A stretch of 34,265 nucleotides of DNA from an archaeon (GTDB lineage Archaea > Iainarchaeota > Iainarchaeia > Iainarchaeales > Iainarchaeaceae), in assembly GCA_035289485.1 (NCBI GenBank), contig DATDXA010000057.1:1-34265 (forward strand). The letters run 5' to 3'. Below the pieces are notes generated by a model that saw only the letters and a program-made list of their open reading frames with translations, searched no databases and had not been told where the DNA came from. Shown in pieces: positions 25,777 to 34,265 of this stretch; positions within the stretch are counted from its first letter, which is position 1; the number at the start of each line of letters is the position of its first letter. Both the position numbers and the translations under genes were made by a program.

Positions 25777-26071
25777 TTTTAAACGCCCCCAATCCCTCTT
25801 GCTGCTAAAGTGCAATAAATCCATTCAATGGCTTTAGATATTTGGAAACCTACGGTTAATACGAGTTTCCCTGCTGGGCGAGTATTTTGAGAACTGTGTG
25901 CGCCCGAGCCTTCTTTTTTGCCATGCCTGTTTTTAGAAGATGTTCCGTTTGGTTGTTCATAAGTTCCAATTTGTGCGAATACTCCTATATAAACATTACG
26001 GCTTTTGTCGCCCCAAAAGTTGGCGGATGACGAAGGTCGGGGTTTTTCTTCATAAAAACCTAACTTTTGTC

Positions 26072-26575
26072 ATGGGTTCTCCAATTGAAAGGCATGGCGC
26101 TTTCATAAGGCAGGTATTGCGGCACGGTTCCTTAAGGCTTATTTCAAGCCCGCATGAAAAAAGGCAACCAATCCCAACAGAAGAGACACGGGGCATTAGA
26201 AGGAAAGCCCGCTTGCCAAGTAAGGCAGAGGGTGCCAAGGAAACCGCAATGCGTGATGCCTCCCTCATAGCAAAATATTGGGCGAATGATTATGCCAAAA
26301 CTCATGGCCTATCCCATGACAAAATGGAGTTTTTGCGCTCCGAAGCAGGAGGGGCAATGCAGAGGGCGGCAAAGTCCGTTGCATCGTATCGCAGTGGCAA
26401 ACTAAGGGCCGCAGATGCCGTTGTGATGTGCAATGGTATATTTTCACGCCTTGCAAAAAAACTGGAAAAATATGGCAATCCGGCAATCCCAAATGTTGAA
26501 GGCTTTACTGAACAATTTCTTGGAAGCATGCTGGCGGTTCATAAATATCGGCATGAAAAGTCGAGGCAGAGCTGA
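26072..26575 (+). CDS. Basic orphan helical protein (start 26072 likely)
   Basis: Open frame, Arg/Lys-rich N-terminal third, no motif recognised. Confidence 0.55.
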   Translation: MGSPIERHGAFIRQVLRHGSLRLISSPHEKRQPIPTEETRGIRRKARLPSKAEGAKETAMRDASLIAKYWANDYAKTHGLSHDKMEFLRSEAGGAMQRAAKSVASYRSGKLRAADAVVMCNGIFSRLAKKLEKYGNPAIPNVEGFTEQFLGSMLAVHKYRHEKSRQS

Positions 26576-26592
26576 CTTTTTTGTGCGCCTTT

Positions 26593-27354
26593 TCAACCCA
26601 TTTTTCTCACAGCAAGCAGCACTTCGCTCCCCTTCACAAGCTCAACGCTTTTCCTAATCCTAAAGCGTTTCTGCCCATCGATTATGGCATCCGCCTTCAT
26701 CTTCCTAAAATCCGAAATGGAGACCTTTTCATGGTCATTGATTATAAGCGGCCGGTGTTTCCAGTCCACTGGGTTCATGCTGACAACTACAAATACCGCG
26801 GCGTTTCCGCGAACAATCGGCCCTCCTGCTGAAAGCGCGTGCGCAGTTGAGCCGGTGGGCGTTGCAACAATGAGCCCATCCCCCGCCTCCTCGCGCAAAT
26901 TGTTTCCGATTAGCATCTTATATTTGAGGAGCCTGCCTGCGGTATCAGGGACAATAAGGACCTCATTTAGCGCTTCGCACTTTTTCCTCCCATCTATCGA
27001 AGCCAGTATGCGCGTTCGCTTCTCAACTTCGATTTTTCCGGAAAGCACAGCCTCTAGTGCCATTTCTATTTCCTCCGCCCTGTAAGATTGCAAAAAGCCA
27101 AGCGAGCCACAATTAATTCCCATCACCGGGATTTTTTTGCCGATATCACGGAACACCTGCAGCAAAGTCCCATCACCGCCAAAAGAAAGTGTTATGTCGC
27201 AGTCAAAGCGCTTTAGGCTTTTGCCTTTTCCAAAAAACGTCCGGTCAAGCTCAATTTGGGCTCCCCTCTCTTCAAGAATTTTTACTGCGCGCAGCGCGGT
27301 ATCTTTTGCAAGCTTGTTGTCTGTGCGACCGGTAATTCCAACCTTCAGTGCCAT
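26593..27354 (-). CDS. nadK: NAD kinase
   Basis: GGDGT, GINCGSLGFL, ALNE, GDGLIVATPTGSTAHALSAGG; ATG 27354 preferred. Confidence 0.92.
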   Translation of the reverse strand: MALKVGITGRTDNKLAKDTALRAVKILEERGAQIELDRTFFGKGKSLKRFDCDITLSFGGDGTLLQVFRDIGKKIPVMGINCGSLGFLQSYRAEEIEMALEAVLSGKIEVEKRTRILASIDGRKKCEALNEVLIVPDTAGRLLKYKMLIGNNLREEAGDGLIVATPTGSTAHALSAGGPIVRGNAAVFVVVSMNPVDWKHRPLIINDHEKVSISDFRKMKADAIIDGQKRFRIRKSVELVKGSEVLLAVRKMG

Positions 27355-27503
27355 AAACAATTTTTGAGGAGAAAGCGGTTTTAAAGATGGCGTAAGCCTT
27401 CGTTTATAGCCAAACTTTTTGCCATTTTGCCGGTTCCTCTTTTTTAAACCTTTTCTGGGTTGAATGTTTAGCTTGTTTATCCGATTTTCGAGGTGAGCGA
27501 AAA

Positions 27504-30182
27504 ATGGCAAAATATGTCTTCATGTTCGACGAGTCAAAAAACCCCAATACCGAAGAGGCCCAGTTCGTTTTGGGGAACAAAGGCGCGCAGCTTGGCGAAA
27601 TGACCAATGCCGGCCTTCGGGTGCCATATGGCTTTACAATTAGCACGCAGGGCTGCAAGGAATATTACTCGCTTGGAAAAAAATGGCCAAAAGGGCTCGA
27701 GCCTGAGATAAAAAGGGCGCTCAAAAGGCTTGAGAAGAAAATGAAAAAAAAGCTTGGCGATTCTAAAAACCCTCTCTTCGTTTCAGTGCGCTCAGGCTCA
27801 TATGTTTCAATGCCGGGAATGATGGACACGGTTCTCAATTTGGGAATGAATGACAAATCCGTTGAGGCATTTGCAAAGCTTTCAAAAAATCCGCGCGCCG
27901 CATACGATTCTTACAGGCGCTTCATCAATATGTTCGCCGATGTTGTAATGGGCGTTGCGCACTCAAAATTCGAGGAAATAATCCACGCAAAAAAGGAAGA
28001 GAAGGGCGTCAAATTCGACACAGACCTCACAACCGAGGACCTGATGGAAGTAGTTGAAGGGTACAAGGAACTTGTGAAAGCGGAAAAAGGAATTTCATTT
28101 CCCATTGACCCCATAAAACAGCTTGAGATGGGGGTAAATGCGGTGTTCGAGTCATGGAATTCCCCACGCGCAATATCATATAGGCGCATAAACAATTTGC
28201 GAAGCGATGCGGGAACCGCTGTGAATGTTCAGGCAATGGTTTTTGGAAACATGGGCGATGATTCAGGCACCGGAGTTTCATTTACAAGAAACCCAGCTAC
28301 TGGAGAAAAAGAGCACTACGGAGAATTTTTGGTGAATGCGCAGGGAGAGGATGTTGTTGCGGGAATTCGCACTCCGCACCCCATAGATTACATGAAAAAA
28401 ACGCACCCGAAAATGCACGCCGAGCTTGTGAAGATTTACGAGAAGCTTGAGAAGCACTACCGCGAGGTTCAGGATTTCGAATTCACATTCGAGCGCGGCC
28501 ATCTCTACCTTTTGCAAACAAGAAGCGGCAAGCGCACGGCGCACGCCGCCGTAAAAATCGCAGTGGACATGGCAAATGAAAAGCTCATTACAAAAGAAGA
28601 GGCGGTGCTGCGCGTAAAGCCTGAGCAGCTAGATCAGCTCCTTCACAAGCAGATAAGTTCCGATGCAAAGAAGAAGGCAAACCTGCTCGCAAAGGGCTTA
28701 GCGGCCTCTCCCGGAGCCGCTGTCGGAAAAATAGTGTTCAGTGCGGAGAAGGCAACTGAAATGGTTGATTTGGGTGAAAAAGTAATCCTTGTAAGAATGG
28801 AAACAAGCCCGGAGGATATTGAAGGAATGCACGCGGCGCAGGGGATTCTCACAGCGCGCGGCGGAAAAACTTCGCACGCTGCAGTTGTTGCACGCGGAAT
28901 GGGAAAGTGCTGCGTTGCGGGATGCGAAGAAATAGTGGTTTCAGAAGAGAAGAACACAATGTCAATTCCAAAAAAGGAAATGGTGCTGCGTGAGGGCGAT
29001 TATATTTCGCTTGACGGCGGCACAGGAGAAGTATTCGAAGGATCGCTCGCTTTGGTCGAGCCATCGCTCTCGGGGGATTTTGGCACACTCATGAAGTGGG
29101 CGGATTCGTACCGCAAAATAGGGATACGCACAAACGCGGACACGCCCCACGACTCAAAAGTTGCGCGTGGATTTGGAGCGGAAGGAATCGGCCTCTGCCG
29201 CACTGAGCACATGTTCTTTGAGGGCGAGAGGATTAAGGCGGTTCGCGAAATGATTATCGCGCGCGATGAAACAGGGAGGCGCAAGGCGCTTGATAAGCTC
29301 CTGCCATTCCAGCGCTCGGATTTTGAAGGGATATTCACTGAAATGGACGGCCTTCCTGTAATCATAAGGCTCCTAGACCCGCCGCTTCATGAATTTTTGC
29401 CAAAAGAAGAGGGCGATATGGCGGCGCTTGCGCAGGAGATGAATCTCCCGCTTGAAAAGGTAAAGGAGATTTCCTCTTCGCTGCACGAGTTCAATCCAAT
29501 GCTTGGCCACCGCGGCTGCAGGCTTGGGATAACTTACCCAGAAATTACAGAAATGCAGGCAACTGCAATATTTGAAGCGGCGCTTAATGTGAAGGAAAAA
29601 GGCATTGTTCCTGTTCCTGAAATAGAAATCCCGCTTGTTGGAAATGTGAAGGAATTCACCGACCAGAAGAAAATAATCGAAGCGGTGGCTGAAAGGCTTA
29701 ATGTGAGAGGAAAAATAAAGTACAAAATCGGAACGATGTTTGAGGTTCCGCGCGCGTGCGTAACCGCAGAGACAATCGCAAAGGAAGTTGATTTCATTTC
29801 TTTTGGAACAAACGATCTAACGCAAACAACCCTTGGGTTTTCGCGAGACGATGCCGGAAAATTCATACAGGCATACCTTGAGAAAGGGATACTCGAAACC
29901 GACCCGTTCCAGACAATCGACCAGAAAGGCGTTGGGAAGCTAATGATTGAGGGCGTTAATTCCGCGCGAGCAGTGAACCCTAAAATGGATATAGGGATTT
30001 GTGGAGAGCATGGAGGCGATCCGGCTTCAGTTGAATTCTGCCACCGCATCGGCCTAAGCAATGTCTCGTGTTCGCCTTACAGGGTTCCGATTGCGCGCCT
30101 TGCGGCGGCGCAGGCGGCACTTAAGGAGAAAAAGGCGCAGAAACAGGGGAAAAAGACGAAGATTGGAAAAAAGAACAAATAA
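27504..30182 (+). CDS. ppdK: Pyruvate, phosphate dikinase
   Basis: SVRSG..SMPGMMDT, QGEDVVAG, GGKTSHAAVVARG (phospho-His), GLCRTEHMF, SFGTNDL, GICGEHGG. Confidence 0.97.
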   Translation: MAKYVFMFDESKNPNTEEAQFVLGNKGAQLGEMTNAGLRVPYGFTISTQGCKEYYSLGKKWPKGLEPEIKRALKRLEKKMKKKLGDSKNPLFVSVRSGSYVSMPGMMDTVLNLGMNDKSVEAFAKLSKNPRAAYDSYRRFINMFADVVMGVAHSKFEEIIHAKKEEKGVKFDTDLTTEDLMEVVEGYKELVKAEKGISFPIDPIKQLEMGVNAVFESWNSPRAISYRRINNLRSDAGTAVNVQAMVFGNMGDDSGTGVSFTRNPATGEKEHYGEFLVNAQGEDVVAGIRTPHPIDYMKKTHPKMHAELVKIYEKLEKHYREVQDFEFTFERGHLYLLQTRSGKRTAHAAVKIAVDMANEKLITKEEAVLRVKPEQLDQLLHKQISSDAKKKANLLAKGLAASPGAAVGKIVFSAEKATEMVDLGEKVILVRMETSPEDIEGMHAAQGILTARGGKTSHAAVVARGMGKCCVAGCEEIVVSEEKNTMSIPKKEMVLREGDYISLDGGTGEVFEGSLALVEPSLSGDFGTLMKWADSYRKIGIRTNADTPHDSKVARGFGAEGIGLCRTEHMFFEGERIKAVREMIIARDETGRRKALDKLLPFQRSDFEGIFTEMDGLPVIIRLLDPPLHEFLPKEEGDMAALAQEMNLPLEKVKEISSSLHEFNPMLGHRGCRLGITYPEITEMQATAIFEAALNVKEKGIVPVPEIEIPLVGNVKEFTDQKKIIEAVAERLNVRGKIKYKIGTMFEVPRACVTAETIAKEVDFISFGTNDLTQTTLGFSRDDAGKFIQAYLEKGILETDPFQTIDQKGVGKLMIEGVNSARAVNPKMDIGICGEHGGDPASVEFCHRIGLSNVSCSPYRVPIARLAAAQAALKEKKAQKQGKKTKIGKKNK

Positions 30183-30262
30183 GGCAAAATTGCCAAAATT
30201 GCAATATCCGCCCGCCAATCACTTCCCTTCGGGTTTAAAAATTTTAGAATAGTTATGTTAGC

Positions 30263-33200
30263 ATGCGTTACCTGCTTTTGGCAGTGGCATTTCTCATAAT
30301 AATGCTTGCATCCGCTTTTTCAGATTCACAGGACTTAAATGCCATTGATGCCAATTCCCTTGAAGGCGGAACCGAAGTTTTTCCACAAGACCAAAACCCG
30401 GTTCCATTAGGAGGCGGGGAAGTGGACTTGAACGGCGAAGCAACTCCTCTGCCTCCGGAAGACCAGAACACAATTCCTCCAAATGTTGACACTTTGCCGC
30501 CACCAGACGAAAACGCAACTCCGCCCGAAGCCATAGAAGAGCCGCTTCAGCCTTCTTCTAGGTCACTTATTTTTGTAACTCCGCTAGCAGAGCAGGTCAT
30601 AAGCGGAGTGCAGGTTGTGATTGTTTCATTGCAGAACTTCATAAATGTCACGGCCCAGTGGTTTAGCTTCAATGGCGAGGACTTCAACGGCACGCTTTTG
30701 GAAAATACGCTTTCTGCAGATCTCAATACCCTGAGTGCGCCAAATGGCCCATACATACTTACCGCGAACGCATGCGAGGATTCCAATTGCTATGCGGGCA
30801 GCCTCGTCGTAAGTGTGCTTAACGAACTTCCGCCAAGCGATGAGCAAATACTTGATGAAAACACAGTTGTCCCTCAGCAAGATGAGCCGTTGCAAGGGGA
30901 AACGTTATACTACCTCAGGCCGTCTAACGTATTTTCCGCTCTGAGCATTTTTGGTTCGGATGAAGATTTGGTTGATTCGGGCGCTGAATTTGCAGCGGTT
31001 CCCGCTGGAACATATTCTGCGAAAATAGAATTCCTCGGAAACGAGGCGATTGAGGATGCGATGTTTACGGGGCTTGTTGTGGATTCAAATGCAACGCTCA
31101 TAGAATATTCCGAACTGCAGGTTTCACCTCTCATGAAAAGATTTTTCGAGCCCGTGTCCGCTTTTTCAATAACCTCGAGTGCCACCTATTCGGAAGTGGA
31201 CATAATTCTTGCCGTGCCAGAAAAGTCATCCGCCCTTTACTTCTGCCAAGAACAGGAACGCGGTGATTGCCGCGAAAACTGGGAGAAGATTACCGAGATT
31301 GGCGATGAGGAAATGGTTTCAGTTTCAGAATTTGGTATATACGCATTTGGGACATTTGGCGAGGAAAGTGTAAGGGAATTCTTTGCAAATATCCTTGGGA
31401 AGAGGGGGCAGCCGAAATTTTTTGTGAAAAGCCTCAAAAGCTCCTATTTTGAGCAGGATGCGGAGCTCGGTTTCATTGCGGCTGGCGGAAAAGAGGGGCG
31501 TGTGCGCTTTGGCGATTTCAAAAGGATGCTTCGCATAAGGGAACTGCAGCTGCGGGAGGACGGCGAACCCCTCGCGCACGGGTCATTTTCAACGCCCGTT
31601 GTTGCGGTTGACTCCCCAGACGGCGTGGGCGCGGAAATAACGCTTCCAACCACCGGGCCTGTAAACGCCATAATGAAGTGCGATGGGTGGGATTTCGGGT
31701 CCTCTTCCTGCGCAACGGAGTGGGTTGCTACGGAAATTGAATTCGCCCAAAGTCCCGACTCGATAACGTTCCTCGCAAACAGCTTCAGCGCCTACGGGGG
31801 TGCGGAAATAACCGTTGTGAACGTGCAAAGCTACCCAGTGGTGGGCGGGGAGTGGGTTGTGAGATTTACAACAAAGGGAAAAGCCGACCTGAGGATTACC
31901 CCCATAGAGGGGACAACATGGAGTTCGGACTCCGAAACCGAGGACTTGAAGTTCCTCTCGCTAAAATGCGGGGATGCCGAAAAGACAGTTGCATGGGACG
32001 GGATTACCGCCGTCTTCGAGGACTATCAGTGCGCCAAAACAGGCTTTGAGACAAGCCAGGTCTTCACCCCCGGAAGGCACGCGCTGCTTTTCGAATTTGG
32101 CGAAAGCTCTGCCATAGCACGCAACCTCGCTGGCGACATAGGCGTTCTCATTGCGAGCACTAGGACCGCAAACTCCGTTGCCACGGCAACGCCCGAAGTT
32201 TTGGTGTCAATTCCTGCGGCAAGCTTCACCACTGATGCCAATTACATGATTTTCGCCTCGGTGCATGTCAAGGGGAGCGATGGCTCGGCACGCGACCAGA
32301 CCGTGATACGCCACGGGGGCTCTCAGTTCACAAATGTGCTCGAGCAACAGGAGAACCAGGGAGCAAGCACGGACCAGTGGGTATACTCTGCCATAACAAA
32401 GTGGACCGCGGTGAATGGCGAGGACATAGACCTGCACGGCCAGTGCCTTGTGTCAAGCGACACCTGCACATACGACGAGATATTTTTAATGGCGATACCG
32501 CTTGATGCGCTCACGGAGAATGTCGACTGGTTATATGTGGAGGACACCGATGCGCTCTCTAACATGAACGACACATTTTCCTCGAACGTGGGCGCCCAGA
32601 TAACTTTCACTCCGGACGGCACGAGCGATTACCTGGTGTTCAGTAACTCTAGGATACTTATTGATGCTGCCGGAAATAACGTGGCTAGAATGGAGCTGCA
32701 TGACGGTTCATCGCAGCTTGCGCTTGTGGAAAGGGACGGGGAGAACACTGCTGACCAGTCCGTGCTGAGCGTGCTGCACGTCCTCCAGGCTCCATCGGCT
32801 TCATCGAAGACTTACAGCCTCAGGTTCCAGGGAGACAGTTCGGATGACCACAGCTCGAGCAGGCTTTTCATACTGCGCATGAGCGCGTTCAAGAACAGCG
32901 ATGCAAATGTGGTGAACGAAACATACGCGATAACGAATTCGACCTCAGTTAGGTCCACGCTCTCAATGAGCCTTGCCGCCGACGGCAACGTTGTGGCATT
33001 CTACGGCGCTGCATTTGCCAATGCACTTGGGACGCCGGCAAGCAACAAGGTAAGCGTGACTGCAAGGGAGGGCTCGAATGTGAGGGTGCAGAGCAGCGGC
33101 ACCGAGCTCACATCATGGAACGCCGTTGCAAACACGGAAGGCGCGGATAGGCTGTTTGCCGCCCTTTTCGACAGCTTCAACATTGCCGATGCCTCAAGCC

Positions 33201-34265
33201 ACACCTACGATGTCGCGGTTCTTGGCCAGACGACAACAGGAACCAATCGACACGACAACAAGCAGGCGATTGTCGCGGTTTTCAGCACGAGGTTTGCGGA
33301 CGGCAGCCTCTCGTTTTCAATTGCAAACCCGCCATCGGACGGCAACACAACGATAAATGTGGACACGAATTTCCTCGTTAGCGGCACAACCACGTGCTCC
33401 ACGAACAACTGCGGGCTTGTGGACACGAACCTGCAGTACTGCGTGGGCTCTGGCTGCTCGAACTGGGTCGACATGAACACCGTTTCAACTTCTCCACTCT
33501 ACATTGCATCGGGCTCGCAGCCGCAGAGCTCGACAATAGGCAAGGACCAGAGCTACAATGCATCATGGATTGTGCGCTCAACCGTTGCGCAGGACTATGA
33601 GCTGCGGCTGCGCGGGGACGGTGCAAACACCGATGCAAACGTGACAAATGGCACTGACAGGACAATAACCACTCAGGCGGGGGGCGCCGCGGATTACAGC
33701 TTCACGCTTTCATTGCCGTCCTCCGGATGCACACAGGGCAAGGGCAGCATTGATGCCGGAACAAGCTGTGATAAGGGCTATTTCGAGGCAAGCGCAAGCG
33801 GCGGGACCGCGGATGCAAACGGCGTGAACCCCGAAGGCCAGACATCCACAATCCCGTTCTTTGTTTACGACAACCAGAGCACTGAAGCAAATGACCTCAA
33901 CATCTCGCTTGATTTGAACGCTGTTCTGCCCTCAACCCTCAAGCTCAAGGCGGGGATGTTATATGACGGCTGGGCCCCTGTGTGTTCCGCTTCAGGCATT
34001 GATGCGGATATTTCGGGAAACGGAAACAATGCCGATATCAACTACGGCATTGTCACTGCCGGCGTTTCAGGGAATGCTCTGGGCTTTAGTGGAATTGACC
34101 GTGCAAACGGCATGAATATTGATTCTGGTGATGTGAATATGGTTGTTCCGATTTCGGGCGATGGGAATGCGTCTGTTTCTTTTTGGTTTAGGGCGGATTC
34201 GAATAATAGCAATAGGGTTTTGTTTCTCAAGCCGATACAGTATATAGACAGGAATGGCACAATTG
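30263..34265 (+). CDS. Very large secreted/cell-surface protein, 3'-truncated by the window (>1330 aa), LamG-like domain starting near the end
   Basis: Hand-translated frame open from ATG 30263 to the window end; signal peptide MRYLLLAVAFLIIMLASA, Pro/acidic linker, Ig-like and Cys-pair modules, DISGNGNN..GNALGF..SVSFWFR; not in the ORF track. Confidence 0.9.
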   Translation, partial: MRYLLLAVAFLIIMLASAFSDSQDLNAIDANSLEGGTEVFPQDQNPVPLGGGEVDLNGEATPLPPEDQNTIPPNVDTLPPPDENATPPEAIEEPLQPSSRSLIFVTPLAEQVISGVQVVIVSLQNFINVTAQWFSFNGEDFNGTLLENTLSADLNTLSAPNGPYILTANACEDSNCYAGSLVVSVLNELPPSDEQILDENTVVPQQDEPLQGETLYYLRPSNVFSALSIFGSDEDLVDSGAEFAAVPAGTYSAKIEFLGNEAIEDAMFTGLVVDSNATLIEYSELQVSPLMKRFFEPVSAFSITSSATYSEVDIILAVPEKSSALYFCQEQERGDCRENWEKITEIGDEEMVSVSEFGIYAFGTFGEESVREFFANILGKRGQPKFFVKSLKSSYFEQDAELGFIAAGGKEGRVRFGDFKRMLRIRELQLREDGEPLAHGSFSTPVVAVDSPDGVGAEITLPTTGPVNAIMKCDGWDFGSSSCATEWVATEIEFAQSPDSITFLANSFSAYGGAEITVVNVQSYPVVGGEWVVRFTTKGKADLRITPIEGTTWSSDSETEDLKFLSLKCGDAEKTVAWDGITAVFEDYQCAKTGFETSQVFTPGRHALLFEFGESSAIARNLAGDIGVLIASTRTANSVATATPEVLVSIPAASFTTDANYMIFASVHVKGSDGSARDQTVIRHGGSQFTNVLEQQENQGASTDQWVYSAITKWTAVNGEDIDLHGQCLVSSDTCTYDEIFLMAIPLDALTENVDWLYVEDTDALSNMNDTFSSNVGAQITFTPDGTSDYLVFSNSRILIDAAGNNVARMELHDGSSQLALVERDGENTADQSVLSVLHVLQAPSASSKTYSLRFQGDSSDDHSSSRLFILRMSAFKNSDANVVNETYAITNSTSVRSTLSMSLAADGNVVAFYGAAFANALGTPASNKVSVTAREGSNVRVQSSGTELTSWNAVANTEGADRLFAALFDSFNIADASSHTYDVAVLGQTTTGTNRHDNKQAIVAVFSTRFADGSLSFSIANPPSDGNTTINVDTNFLVSGTTTCSTNNCGLVDTNLQYCVGSGCSNWVDMNTVSTSPLYIASGSQPQSSTIGKDQSYNASWIVRSTVAQDYELRLRGDGANTDANVTNGTDRTITTQAGGAADYSFTLSLPSSGCTQGKGSIDAGTSCDKGYFEASASGGTADANGVNPEGQTSTIPFFVYDNQSTEANDLNISLDLNAVLPSTLKLKAGMLYDGWAPVCSASGIDADISGNGNNADINYGIVTAGVSGNALGFSGIDRANGMNIDSGDVNMVVPISGDGNASVSFWFRADSNNSNRVLFLKPIQYIDRNGTI

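Noticed and set aside
732..34260. Many antisense or alternate-frame ORFs in the track (e.g. 732-1139, 3355-3810, 19440-20261, 21412-22059, 24934-25758, 29534-30061 and all listed ORFs after 30268)
   Set aside because: They shadow well-supported genes on the other strand or frame and have no motifs; after 30263 the real gene is the unlisted + strand frame.
1..34265. CRISPR array, rRNA or IS transposase
   Set aside because: No regularly spaced repeats, rRNA signatures or transposase motifs observed.

Overview
Archaeal chromosomal segment, by inference from a DPANN lineage and most likely Iainarchaeota/Diapherotrites-like (archaeal thiolase-DUF35-HMG-CoA synthase module, KaiC-like ATPase with V4R partner, GGTGA/GGAGG ribosome-binding sites, TTTAAA boxes, compact overlapping genes). 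Main content: housekeeping genes (HAD hydrolase, nadE, ferredoxin, NAD kinase, ppdK); tRNA-Gly(CCC); an accessory stretch (about 7.5-14.9 kb) with orphan ORFs, a solo HicA-domain protein and a LAGLIDADG endonuclease next to a structured ~700-nt non-coding region; a chimeric mevalonate cluster (class II HMGR, archaeal HMGS/thiolase/DUF35, MVK, MVD, bacterial-type PMK, two IDI-like Nudix proteins); and the first ~1330 codons of a very large secreted surface protein that is missing from the ORF track. Most notable observations: six unrelated, co-oriented, mostly basic orphan genes inserted between the mevalonate genes with tight stop/start coupling; a synonymously diverged duplicate of the HMGR 3' end that looks like an insertion scar; about 4-fold enrichment of D-x-N in the surface protein; and a recurrent intergenic TCTACATAAC motif. 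All calls are by eye, from motifs and remembered family knowledge; no searches were run.
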